Positions 30,605-40,325 of a stretch of DNA of 64,000 nt are shown here, piece by piece. Each line of letters opens with the position of its first letter. Position 1 is the stretch's first letter. Origin of the DNA: Phormidium sp. (GTDB lineage: Bacteria; Cyanobacteriota; Cyanobacteriia; Cyanobacteriales; Aerosakkonemataceae); the NCBI GenBank assembly GCA_051013385.1, contig CP143273.1, positions 672,001 through 736,000 of the forward strand, written 5' to 3'. Below the pieces are notes generated by a model. It had not been told where the DNA came from. It did no database searches and saw nothing but the letters and a program-made list of their open reading frames with translations. The position numbers were made by a program, and so were the translations under genes.

Positions 30605-31725
30605 TTTTTCAGGTATGGCTTGAAGCGATCGATCCCTGAGAGCCACTCAACGGAACGACGGCAACCTTCGTCAAAAGACACAATTGGCTCATAGCCCAAC
30701 AACTTCTCTGCTTTAGTAAAAGGTAGTTGATATTGAGACTGTTGTAAGATCGACATCATCTCTGTTACTACTGGTTCTCCCTTTGGAATCACGGCTGGGA
30801 CTACTGGGGCTGGCTCTGGTGCTGGTGCTGGTGCTGGCTGCTCTGATTTGGGTTTTGACCGCTTTAACTTTTGTTTGAGATCCTCTGGGATCATGGCTAA
30901 ACTTTTTTGCACAAATACTGATTCGCGGATCGAACCGATCAATTGTTTTTTCCGGCTATGGGTAAACGCTGGAACTGTCGGTGATGGCAACTGCGTTGGA
31001 TCGACTCCAAAAGCTTCGGCAAAGGGACGGTAAAAATCGAACCAAGTTACCCGTTCGCGATCGCCTGCAAAAAATGCCTCTCCATCTGCCTCTTTTGCCG
31101 TCATAGCTAACCGCATGGCATGAATTAGGTTATCAATATAGACGCTATTGCAGATTCCTTTACCTCCATCGATCAAATAAGCCCTACCTTGAATTAGCTG
31201 ATCGGCTAATTCTGTCACCCAACGCGATCGCGGCCCAAACACAATCCCCGGTCGAAAAATCACCACCTCAACCGATCCTGTTTGGTGCAGTTGCAATAGT
31301 TGGCGTTCCGCATCGATTTTGGCGGTATGGGTGGGAAAGTTGGGTTGATTTGTAATTGGTGGAGTAGCTTCCGTTGTCCCAGGTGCGGGAGCCGAGGTAT
31401 GGACAATCATCGAACTAAGATAAATAATCCGGCGCACTCCGACTTTTTCGGCTGCTTTGTAAGTGGGAGCAACTGTACCCCGGATCAGTCCTGGAGTCCC
31501 CAAAATTGACTGAATAACCACATCACATCCTTTAAAGGCTGATTCTAAGGATGATTGGCTAAAGGAATTAGCAATCCGGCAATCTAATTTATGGTGGGCT
31601 AGTTTTTCCAAGCTACTCTGAGAGTGAACGATCGGGCGAACTTCTGAAGTTCCTTCGACATTCAGCATTTCCACTGCTCGAGTGCCAACAAATCCTGTGG
31701 CTCCCACTATTCCAATTCGCATCAT
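30601..31725 (-). CDS. NAD-dependent epimerase/dehydratase family protein
   Basis: Motifs GATGFVG, IYLSS, RPGIVFGP and VYIDNL; the canonical YxxxK reads HxxK here. Confidence 0.85.
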   Translation of the reverse strand: MMRIGIVGATGFVGTRAVEMLNVEGTSEVRPIVHSQSSLEKLAHHKLDCRIANSFSQSSLESAFKGCDVVIQSILGTPGLIRGTVAPTYKAAEKVGVRRIIYLSSMIVHTSAPAPGTTEATPPITNQPNFPTHTAKIDAERQLLQLHQTGSVEVVIFRPGIVFGPRSRWVTELADQLIQGRAYLIDGGKGICNSVYIDNLIHAMRLAMTAKEADGEAFFAGDRERVTWFDFYRPFAEAFGVDPTQLPSPTVPAFTHSRKKQLIGSIRESVFVQKSLAMIPEDLKQKLKRSKPKSEQPAPAPAPEPAPVVPAVIPKGEPVVTEMMSILQQSQYQLPFTKAEKLLGYEPIVSFDEGCRRSVEWLSGIDRFKPYLKN

Positions 31726-31858
31726 TTTCCTGCACTTTGTAACTTATGACTCAACATTAATTCATTAAAAAAGGGAACCAGATCTTGCAGCAATGGAGGT
31801 AGAACCTCCCTCTCCCTCGTTCCCTGGTTGAACCAGGGAACGAGAAATTAAGGAAATT

Positions 31859-31930
31859 CCCCCATCCCCCCATCCCCCCATCCCCCCATCCCCCCATCCC
31901 CCCATCTCCCCATCCCCCCATCCCCCCATC
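31859..31930. repeat. STRR-like (CCCCCATC)n tandem repeat
   Basis: About nine tandem 8-mer units in an intergenic position. Confidence 0.9.
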
Positions 31931-31935
31931 TCTTC

Positions 31936-33033
31936 TTAACAGGTTGTCATTACTGGGAGCGTCAGACTCGGCAGCGAATTCAACTGTACTACTTGCCCGG
32001 TTGTTGCACTCTGATATGCTGCATCGACGATTTTCATGTTGACTAAACCTTCTACTCCTCCGGGATTCGGTGTGCGGTTGGTTTGAATGCACTCAAAGAA
32101 GTGTGCCATTTGGCGATCGTACATGGATTGCGGATAGTGGTCTTGGCGGGGGAACTTAAATCCAGATTTGATCTCCACAACTTCCTTTCTCCTCAGCTTG
32201 GATCTCAGGCGTGTTGGTAATAACTTAACCAAATTGTTTTCTGGGTTCAGGTTTGGCAGCAACAACCGAGTGGGAAAAAGTTGACCAAAACCTCTTGTTC
32301 CATAGAGTTGGGTGCTGGATTGCGGGCCATCGCTATATGGTTGTCGCCAGCCTGATTCGATGTATGAAGTTGTACCATTATCCCAATTAACGATGATGAT
32401 TCCGGTATCGTCTACGTCGGAGTCTTGATAATGCGTACCCATGCGAGCATATACACTGACAGGTTGGGGATCGCCGAGCAAGAAGCGTGCTGTGTCGATC
32501 GCATGAATGCCGATATCTGCGATCGCGCCGCCTCCAGAAAGAGCCTTCTGGGTAAACCAACCTCCGGGTCCCCAGTGAGTATGTATGCCATATCCTTTTG
32601 TACGGATGATTCTGCCCAATTTACTGGTGCGCTTTTTCAGCCATTGTGTTTCTTCGTCGAAGCGCCAACAGTGTCCCACCATTAACACTGTGTTAGCTCT
32701 TAAGCTAGCTTCCAATACCTGCTCGGCTTCGATCGCATTGAGCGCCATTGGCTTTTCCACCAACACTGGTACTTTGGCGTTGAGTGCGGCGATCGCTTGT
32801 GGTGCGTGTAGGAAATTCGGCGTACCAATAATCAACGCATCGAATTTTGCCTCAGCTAGTGCTTCTTCTAGAGTGGTGTATTGATTGGCGATCGAAAACT
32901 TTTGCGCGAATCTACCAGCTTGCTGGGCAAACTTTTCAATCACAGCCACTAGCTCACCCCCCTGAGCTTGGACGGCTCTGGCGTGAACTTCAGCAATGTG
33001 ACCCGCTCCAGCAATTGCAACTTTCAATGTCAT
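31936..33033 (-). CDS. Gfo/Idh/MocA family oxidoreductase
   Basis: Motifs GAGHIA, TPNFLH, VLVEKPMA and GGGAIADIGIHAID. Confidence 0.92.
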   Translation of the reverse strand: MTLKVAIAGAGHIAEVHARAVQAQGGELVAVIEKFAQQAGRFAQKFSIANQYTTLEEALAEAKFDALIIGTPNFLHAPQAIAALNAKVPVLVEKPMALNAIEAEQVLEASLRANTVLMVGHCWRFDEETQWLKKRTSKLGRIIRTKGYGIHTHWGPGGWFTQKALSGGGAIADIGIHAIDTARFLLGDPQPVSVYARMGTHYQDSDVDDTGIIIVNWDNGTTSYIESGWRQPYSDGPQSSTQLYGTRGFGQLFPTRLLLPNLNPENNLVKLLPTRLRSKLRRKEVVEIKSGFKFPRQDHYPQSMYDRQMAHFFECIQTNRTPNPGGVEGLVNMKIVDAAYQSATTGQVVQLNSLPSLTLPVMTTC

Positions 33034-33503
33034 CTGTTTGTCCTCAAATCTAAATCACTATATTTAGAGCCACTTTTTCACCCAGATTCCGGCATCCCTT
33101 TTTATTTCCTGCTAGCTTCTGTGGCTCATCCATCGAAGCTTCAAGAGTGAAGATGCTAACCCTAAGTCAATTGAATCTGTAGATAACTATAATTTCATCT
33201 ATCGATTATTTAGCATAGGATAAGGAGTGATTCAAAGCGTTGCTCAGAGATCTTTACAGAAGCTTTAAATTGATAGCTAAATAATCGATATTCTTAAAGA
33301 TATTTTCTACTTCAAGACCGGAAAATACCTATTTTCTTTATAAAAAATTCAGGCTTTCAGGTTTCTAGTCTGGGTGGGAAATCTGAGCAGCTAAATAATC
33401 AATATTCTTAACAATATGTTCTATTTTTGGATGGGAGCCTGTTGCCAGACTAGACAGAATTCCCTGGAGTTGTTCTGGAAAATCATTTTCATTAATTGCG
33501 TTT

Positions 33504-33822
33504 TTACGCAGTTGCGTTTTTACGCAGTCGCTTTTTTAAGGCAGAAATTATAGTTGATGTTGCTAATTCTTCCGGCTGTTGCGATCGATGATGTTTTTGT
33601 AGTTTATGGGTTTTGAGAATCTTGATACCTTGAATATTTTTGTTGTGCTCTATTTGGTTGATTTTTTCGAGAATTTCAGCAACTAAACGCTTGTTAACAA
33701 GAGTTAGCAAAGATAAGCCTTGTTTAAAAAATGCTTCTACGTTACCCTGAAGTAGGTCTTTAATTCGAGTAGCTATCATCTTCAGAGCTAAAGGGTTTCC
33801 TTGATAATACTTGATTAATTGA
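33504..33822 (-). pseudogene. 5'-truncated NB-ARC/STAND protein fragment
   Basis: LIKYYQGNPLALKMIATRIKDLLQGNVEAF matches the GxPLAL helical motif of NB-ARC proteins; the upstream ATPase core is missing. Confidence 0.7.
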
Positions 33823-33827
33823 TTCCG

Positions 33828-34154
33828 CATATTTTAGATACTGATAAGTATGCTGCTGATTGTCAAATGTTATTTGGCGAGTTTATTCATCATTTCCCTT
33901 ACTATGGTTTGCGGGGGAAAGGCGATCGGCAAAATTGGCAGCAAGATTTTGCTCGAACCAAACTACTTTTCCAAAAACACTTTGCTACTGATCTTACAGA
34001 ATTCACTGATGAATTAAACAAGAATGTTGCCAGCGGAAAAGCTTGTACTTTGCAAGGTCGCACTACGGGAAAACCTTCTGCTTGCCGCTTAAAGCGAGGT
34101 AATTCTAAGCAACAGCGTCCTGATGTTAATTTGTCTTTTGATGAGATAGTTTAA
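33828..34154 (+). pseudogene. 5'-truncated glycine-rich-domain-containing-protein-like (GRDP) fragment
   Basis: HILDTDKYAADCQMLFGEFIHHFPYYG is the second half of the family motif; the WH motif and N-terminus are missing. Confidence 0.65.
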
Positions 34155-34162
34155 GCGAAATC

Positions 34163-34192
34163 TGTAGAGACGTTTCATGAAACGTCTCTACA
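34163..34192. repeat. GTAG-type REP-like palindrome (copy at 37664-37692)
   Basis: tgtagagacgtttcatgaaacgtctctac appears at both loci. Confidence 0.85.
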
Positions 34193-34405
34193 ATGTTTAT
34201 TGCTCAATTCTGCCTGTTTCTTAGCCCCCCTTAATAAGGGGGGTTGGGGGGATCTAAACCTAGTAATCACAGCCTGAGATCCCCCCTAACCCCCCTTACT
34301 CAAGGGGGGAACTCCGAAAGAATTAATCACTATCAACTTGAGTGATCATTAGAAGCAGCTTCTCCCACACAAGAAGCAAATGAACTCCGAAAGAATTAAT
34401 CACTA

Positions 34406-36670
34406 TCAACTTGAGTGATTAATTGTTTGCCACAATTCCTGCATTTCTTCGACTTCTGGTTTCATACCCAAATTATCGAAACCTTTTAAAGCTAATTCTG
34501 TCCATTGACGAGCTTTTTGTAAGTTTCCGCACAGCTGTTCTAGTTTAGCTAAAGAACTGTGATAGCAAGCGGTACAACGTTGATCTTTGTAGCGTTGAGA
34601 TGTGGAAAGACCTTCTTCTAATAATTTTCGGGCTGCTGTTAAATCTCCTAGAGCAATTTCTACATCAGCTAACCAATGTTGGGTGTAAACGATCGATCGC
34701 AACCATCCAACTGATTCAGCTAAAGAAAGTGCTTGCTGATAAAGAGATTTAGCTTCTGGGTAATTCCCAGTTTTGTAACAAATTTCTGCTTGGTAATAAA
34801 ACAGGTGAATCGAAAAGTAACGATGTTTTTCTGCTGCTGATTCTGTTTGTTCTAAAAATCTTTTTTGCTGTTCTAACCATCTTTGTGCTTCGGCAAATCT
34901 CCGTTGCCGAATTCGCAATACAGCAATACTAATTCCTAAGTCAAAAGTTAGCGGAAAGTTTAAACTTAAATTTCCTTGACTTTGCTGACTCTTTCCGACT
35001 AATTCCCAGGCTTTGGTTAACAGTAAATCGGCTTCTTCTAACTGTTGGGGTTGACCCATGAAACTCAGAGTTTTACTGCGTTCTAACATAGCTTCAGCAA
35101 CGGCTAACCAATCGCATCTTTGTTCGGCTTCTTGAATTAGCCAATTACTCCAAGTTAAGCGATCGTCCCAATAACCACGCACATGAATATATCCTTTAAT
35201 ATGAGGCCAGAATTCCCGAAAATCTGAATATCTGTTATGGACAATGCACCATTCTAAAACAGCTTGCAAATTTGACCATTCTGCCTCTAAATTCCCATTT
35301 TCAATGTGCCATTCTTTCCAATCTCGACTGCATTCTTGAGCAAATTGTTGATACCAATCAATCCAACGTTCTCTAGCTTCTTTCTCAAATTCAGGATGGG
35401 CAGCAATTTGGGCGATCGCATATCTTCGAGTCAGGGGAATCATATCATAACGCCCTTCTTGTTGAGTAACTAAAGATAATTGTTGTAATCTTGCTAAACC
35501 ATCAGCTGTGGCAATAGGATCGGCATTAGATAAAGCGACAAAAGCGATCGCTTCTCTAGTAGCAGCTTGGGAAAACATGGCTAATGCCATTAATACGAAA
35601 TGGGCAGGTTCTCCAATTAAGGGAATCACAGAACTTTGGAAGCAAAAATGAGCCACATCGCCTGTAGCTAGGGTAATTTTTGCGATGACATCTTTCAAGA
35701 TATAACCAGCAGCTAATTGACCAATTGCATAAACAATAACCGCAGGAATACCGCTAGTTACTTGGTAAAGTTCTTTAGCTTCTTCTGAGGAAAGAATCAC
35801 TCCTTTTTCTAAGGTTTGATTTTCGATTAATTGCAAACTATCTGTTTCTGGTAAGGAGTTTAATCGAATGGGTACAAACAAAGCGCGATCGCGAGTAGTA
35901 ATGACGACTTTAACTGTAGCTGGTAAGTCATACAAAAATGCCAAGACATTATCTCGATCTTCAATGGTTTCTAAGTTATCAACTATTAGTAAAGTGCGCT
36001 GTCGAGACAAACATTCTCTAGTGCGTTCTAGTTGCTCTTTATCATCGGCATGGGTGATATCGCGTCGGTCTAAAGTATTTGCGATCGCCCGACAAATATC
36101 CCGCAATTGACTATCTCTTTTTAACCGTTGCAAAGGGCCAGCATAAGTTAAATAATTCTGTTTGGCAGAGGTGAAAATAATCGCCTCAAAAGTGGGAATC
36201 TTTGCGGCATTATCTTCTCTCTTAATAGCAGTTAAACATTGATAAGCTGCTTCTAAAACTAAAGTAGTTTTACCCACACCTCCAATCCCATCCACACTGA
36301 TTAAATGTGCTGAATGTTCGTAAGAAAGCAGTTCCATTAACCTTTTCAATTCTGCTTGCCGACCGACAAAGGTGTTGTACTCCTTCGCAGGTAGATTTTG
36401 GTAAATGGTCTTGGGCGACTGAGCCTTAGTGAGTAATTTATGAGTAACATTCGCTGGTTTGGGAGTCTGTGATTTTTCCTCTATCTCCGGCAAATCGGCA
36501 ATTTCCTGCCAGTCCATCCCTACTGCCTGACAAATGGCGATCAAGCTATCTCTTTTAATTAACATTCCCCGCCAAAATCGTTTTAAGCTGGCTGGTGCAA
36601 TCTGCCCTACTTCGCACCATTCCGCTTCAGCTTTCGCCCAACCGCGTTTGCGTCTGGCGCGATCGACCAT
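34406..36670 (-). CDS. STAND-like NB-ARC ATPase with N-terminal HTH and C-terminal TPRs (N-terminus possibly clipped)
   Basis: Motifs FVGR, Walker A GIGGVGKT, Walker B LLIVDNLE, ITTR and GIPA; TPR-like C-terminus. Confidence 0.85.
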   Translation of the reverse strand: MVDRARRKRGWAKAEAEWCEVGQIAPASLKRFWRGMLIKRDSLIAICQAVGMDWQEIADLPEIEEKSQTPKPANVTHKLLTKAQSPKTIYQNLPAKEYNTFVGRQAELKRLMELLSYEHSAHLISVDGIGGVGKTTLVLEAAYQCLTAIKREDNAAKIPTFEAIIFTSAKQNYLTYAGPLQRLKRDSQLRDICRAIANTLDRRDITHADDKEQLERTRECLSRQRTLLIVDNLETIEDRDNVLAFLYDLPATVKVVITTRDRALFVPIRLNSLPETDSLQLIENQTLEKGVILSSEEAKELYQVTSGIPAVIVYAIGQLAAGYILKDVIAKITLATGDVAHFCFQSSVIPLIGEPAHFVLMALAMFSQAATREAIAFVALSNADPIATADGLARLQQLSLVTQQEGRYDMIPLTRRYAIAQIAAHPEFEKEARERWIDWYQQFAQECSRDWKEWHIENGNLEAEWSNLQAVLEWCIVHNRYSDFREFWPHIKGYIHVRGYWDDRLTWSNWLIQEAEQRCDWLAVAEAMLERSKTLSFMGQPQQLEEADLLLTKAWELVGKSQQSQGNLSLNFPLTFDLGISIAVLRIRQRRFAEAQRWLEQQKRFLEQTESAAEKHRYFSIHLFYYQAEICYKTGNYPEAKSLYQQALSLAESVGWLRSIVYTQHWLADVEIALGDLTAARKLLEEGLSTSQRYKDQRCTACYHSSLAKLEQLCGNLQKARQWTELALKGFDNLGMKPEVEEMQELWQTINHSS

Positions 36671-36687
36671 TTCTAACCCTTCTTTAG

Positions 36688-37155
36688 AATTTTTATAATC
36701 ATAATATTAATGGAGTGCTTCCGCGCACAGGTAGAAATGCAGCAACGGGTGAATTAGCTTGGAACGATCGCTACTATTCTCCCTATACTTCTCTTGGGGA
36801 TTGGGATCTGCCACAAACATTAATTCCTAACGTTATTGCTTCGGGAACAAAAATTGGTGACATTACTATTTTAAATAGTTCTCAGCTAACTGCTGCGGGA
36901 TTTAGTACAGCTTTTCTTCCTGCTGTTGGTAGTCAAACTTTTGGGTTCAAGTTTGCCAAATCTTTACTTCCTCAAGCTGATTATCTTGCTACTTTAATTC
37001 TGGAATGTAACAATGATGCGATCGCCATTAAAGGCAGTACTAAAGTAATCAAAGCACCAGAGAAAGTTCCTGAACCATCTACTATTTTAACTTTAGGAAT
37101 CATGGCTTTAATTTTTGGCAGTAGCCGCTTAGGTAAGCAGTTCAAAATTAGCTAA
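36688..37155 (+). pseudogene. 5'-truncated PEP-CTERM surface protein (XDD3-like)
   Basis: Motifs NVIASGTKIGDI, QTFGFKF and ECNND, plus VPEP-TM-basic tail. There is no signal peptide, and an in-frame TAG lies at 36685-36687. Confidence 0.7.
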
Positions 37156-37288
37156 TATTCAACTGCTTTTCATTTTCATGCCAATCAATCTCCTTTGGGT
37201 AAACCAAATGAGATAGCTGCTAATTTAGCTCTATTTTATTTGGTTTTTTCTTGAGATTTTTGGGTTATTTTATGAGTAAATTTACCCA

Positions 37289-37636
37289 ATGAATAAGTTA
37301 TTTATAAAATCCGCTCACGGAAATAATTCTACAGAACATGAACCAATTGTTTTTGATGTTAGTCGGTTGCGCGATGATGAACGTTTAGAATTTAAATATG
37401 ACCATAATAACCAACTTATTGCCGTACAAAAAATTAAACTTTCTCTTCTTAAAGAACCGATAGAAGGTTTAGCTGAAACTGATATTCCGGCTGGAGGTTC
37501 AGGACGAATTTTTTATCAAGGGAGTTCTTGGAAAGCGCGATCGGAAGCCGATGTTCCAATTATCACTGGTCAAATTGTTTTAGTAAAAGCACGATATGAA
37601 TTAACTTTGTTTGTCGTTCCAGCATATTCACTTTAA
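37289..37636 (+). CDS. NfeD-like OB-fold protein
   Basis: GRIFYQGSSWKAR...GQIVLV...LTLFVVP. Confidence 0.8.
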   Translation: MNKLFIKSAHGNNSTEHEPIVFDVSRLRDDERLEFKYDHNNQLIAVQKIKLSLLKEPIEGLAETDIPAGGSGRIFYQGSSWKARSEADVPIITGQIVLVKARYELTLFVVPAYSL

Positions 37637-37731
37637 TTTGTGTTACCAAAAAACCTTCATTACTGTAGAGACGTTTCATGAAACGTCTCTACTTTTGTAG
37701 TCAACATTTAAACTTCCGAATCATTTTTTCT

Positions 37732-40320
37732 TCAATGCTTGGGAAACTTGTTAAAGTACCTCAACCATTTTGGTGTATTGCGGTTTTCCAAACGCGCTAA
37801 ACTTTCGCTCGCTAAACTAAAATTTGGTTGAATTTGAATGGCTTTTTTATAAGTGCGGATTGCGGCTTCATAATCTGCTAATTGTTCTAGCATTTTGCCT
37901 CTACCATACCAAGCTTCAGGATATCTATCTTTCATTTCTGTGGCTTTTTGATAGGCTTTGAGTGCTGCTTCATAATTAGATAAACTTTCTAATATTTGCG
38001 CTTTTCCATACCAAGCTTCATGACAACCAACTTTTTTCATGTGAATAGCATCTTCATAAGCTGTTAACGCTACTGAAAATTGTTGTAATTTAGCGTAAGC
38101 GTCACCAATTCCACATTTAGCTTCGTAGTATTCCGGCTGAATTCTTAAGGCTGTTTCGTAAGCTTTTATTGCCATTTCATAGCTTTCTAAAGCATACCAA
38201 GCCATCCCCTTTGCATACCAAGCATCGGCAAAATCCATCTGATTTTGTAAAGCCTTTTCATAGTTACTAATTGCTGCTTCATACTGATTCAATTTTATTA
38301 AAACATTACCGATTTCATAGTAAGAGTTATAGTATTTGGGGTTAATTTTGATTGCTTTTTCAAAAGATGCGATCGCTTCCTGGTATTTTCCCCACTTAGC
38401 TAACGCTTTTCCCTTTTGATGCCAAGCTCGATAAAATTCTGGCATTTTTTTTAATATTTGTTCGTAGGAGGCGATCGCTTCCTCAAACTTTTTCTTAAAA
38501 CTTAAAGTATTACCTATTCCTAACCAAGCATCTGATAACTTTTTCCAAGCTCTTAATGCTTCGGTTGCTGATTCATAACGATTTTGCCAATCAGGAGAGA
38601 TCATTTTATCTAAAACATCTGCCATTTCGGGAATAATTTCTGGAGTTTTTTCCTGCCAAGCATTGCGCCAATTAAACTCATTTTTATCATCATTTATCTG
38701 TTGCTGAATCAATCTCGGCGGTAATCCCGTTAACGCTTGAATCCCCATCATCCCAACAGCATAAATATCGCTGTTTAACTTATGATTTCCTTGTTTTTGT
38801 TCTGGTGCTACATAACCAGAACTACTCATTTCCCAGATAGATTGACCAGCATTACTTATACTATTAATCTGTTTAATAATACCAAAATCAATTAAAACCA
38901 ACTTCTCATCTGTTTCTCTTCTCAGTAAATGCTGACAGCTAATGTTGCCATGAATTATATTTTGTTTATGTAAAATCGCTAAAACTTCTAAAATTTCTCG
39001 CAATAATTCATAAACTCTTCCCATAGACAAAGCTTGACCAACTACTACTTCTTCCGCCAACCTATTACCCGGAATAAATTCTAAGATTAAATAAAACTCG
39101 TTATTTAGTTCAAAATGATTTAAAAGTGTTGAAAATTGCTCATTTTTTCCTAAATTATATAAGCTTTGCACTTGAGTTTTAAATATCTCTCTTGCTGTTT
39201 GTAAAGCTAACTTTTCGGTGTTTTTCGGCTGAAATCTTTTAACAACACAAAACGGTTTATTCTTTGTATCCTCATCTCTTGCTAAATAAGTTTTACCAAA
39301 CATTCCACTTCCCAAGCCTCGGATAATTTCATATCTACCCATTAACCTAGAGTTAGGAGGATTATTTTTCGGGGTTTGCTGTGGTTTTGCTGATGGTGGA
39401 TTGGGGGATTTTTTAATTAATTCAGGTGGGGTTGGTGGTAGTGGTAGGGTAGTTTTTTTCGTTAACTCTGACGGTTTTACTGGCGGTGGTAACTCTTCTG
39501 GCTTGGGAATTGGTACATTATTTAATGCTGTCAATGCTTCTGTTGCTGACTGGTAGCGCTCCCGAAAATAAGAACGCACCATTTTTTCTAAAACAGCTTC
39601 TAATGCTTGACTAATTTTTGCTTTATGCTTCCAAACAATTTCTGTTGTTTCAGGATCTTCTTCTAATTGATGAACAGGTAATCCAGTAAGTGCTTGAATT
39701 CCCATCATTCCCACAGCATAAATATCGCTGCATAATTTAGGACTTCCGCCAGCTTGTTCGTTCGGCATATAACCCGGAGTACCCACCGTCATAGTACTTT
39801 TTATACTCCGAGGTGATGCCCCTAAGTTGTCTTTAACTGCACCAAAGTCAATTAATACTAATTTGTTATCTGACTTGCGTCTAATCAAATTTTTGGGATT
39901 GACATCTCGATGAATAATTGCCTGTTGATGTACAAACTCTAAAATTTCTAATACTTCTTTTAACAACTTAATAACTTGAAATTCGCTCCAAGTCTCTCCC
40001 TCTTTAATTTCTTCTTTTAAAGATTGTCCAAGAATATATTCCTGAACTAAATAAAATTCTTCATCTATTTCAAAATGATTATATAATTGGGGAATTTGGA
40101 GATGTATTCCCAACTTTTTCAGTGCTTCTGCTTCCCGTTCAAATCGCATTCTTGCTTTCTCTAAAACTTCTGGTTCATTAGAGGGAAGCATAATTTTTTT
40201 CACAACACAAGGCGAGGTTTGGGGTTGCCATTGATCTTTAGCAAGAAAAGTTTCACCAAATCCTCCCCTGCCTAATTCCTTATATAAAAAGTAGCGCCCC
40301 TGAATGAGTTCCCCTATCAT
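37732..40320 (-). CDS. Ser/Thr kinase, second (pseudo)kinase domain and TPR repeats
   Basis: Domain 1 has GRGGFG, VVK, HRDVNPKN and DFG, followed by a Pro-rich linker. Domain 2 has GSGMFG, HGNISCQH and DFG. About seven TPRs follow. Confidence 0.9.
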   Translation of the reverse strand: MIGELIQGRYFLYKELGRGGFGETFLAKDQWQPQTSPCVVKKIMLPSNEPEVLEKARMRFEREAEALKKLGIHLQIPQLYNHFEIDEEFYLVQEYILGQSLKEEIKEGETWSEFQVIKLLKEVLEILEFVHQQAIIHRDVNPKNLIRRKSDNKLVLIDFGAVKDNLGASPRSIKSTMTVGTPGYMPNEQAGGSPKLCSDIYAVGMMGIQALTGLPVHQLEEDPETTEIVWKHKAKISQALEAVLEKMVRSYFRERYQSATEALTALNNVPIPKPEELPPPVKPSELTKKTTLPLPPTPPELIKKSPNPPSAKPQQTPKNNPPNSRLMGRYEIIRGLGSGMFGKTYLARDEDTKNKPFCVVKRFQPKNTEKLALQTAREIFKTQVQSLYNLGKNEQFSTLLNHFELNNEFYLILEFIPGNRLAEEVVVGQALSMGRVYELLREILEVLAILHKQNIIHGNISCQHLLRRETDEKLVLIDFGIIKQINSISNAGQSIWEMSSSGYVAPEQKQGNHKLNSDIYAVGMMGIQALTGLPPRLIQQQINDDKNEFNWRNAWQEKTPEIIPEMADVLDKMISPDWQNRYESATEALRAWKKLSDAWLGIGNTLSFKKKFEEAIASYEQILKKMPEFYRAWHQKGKALAKWGKYQEAIASFEKAIKINPKYYNSYYEIGNVLIKLNQYEAAISNYEKALQNQMDFADAWYAKGMAWYALESYEMAIKAYETALRIQPEYYEAKCGIGDAYAKLQQFSVALTAYEDAIHMKKVGCHEAWYGKAQILESLSNYEAALKAYQKATEMKDRYPEAWYGRGKMLEQLADYEAAIRTYKKAIQIQPNFSLASESLARLENRNTPKWLRYFNKFPKH

Positions 40321-40325
40321 TACAT

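Noticed and set aside
30371..30646. 91 aa minus-strand ORF
   Set aside because: Antisense to the tnpB remnant and right end; no recognisable motifs.
31757..32092. 111 aa ORF with GGWGDGGM repeats
   Set aside because: A translation artefact of the intergenic CCCCCATC tandem repeat; overlaps the oxidoreductase gene.
34309..34419. Bona fide CRISPR array
   Set aside because: Only two repeats, one overlapping a stop codon and terminator hairpin; no leader, no cas genes and no typical repeat end. Kept only as a low-interest finding.
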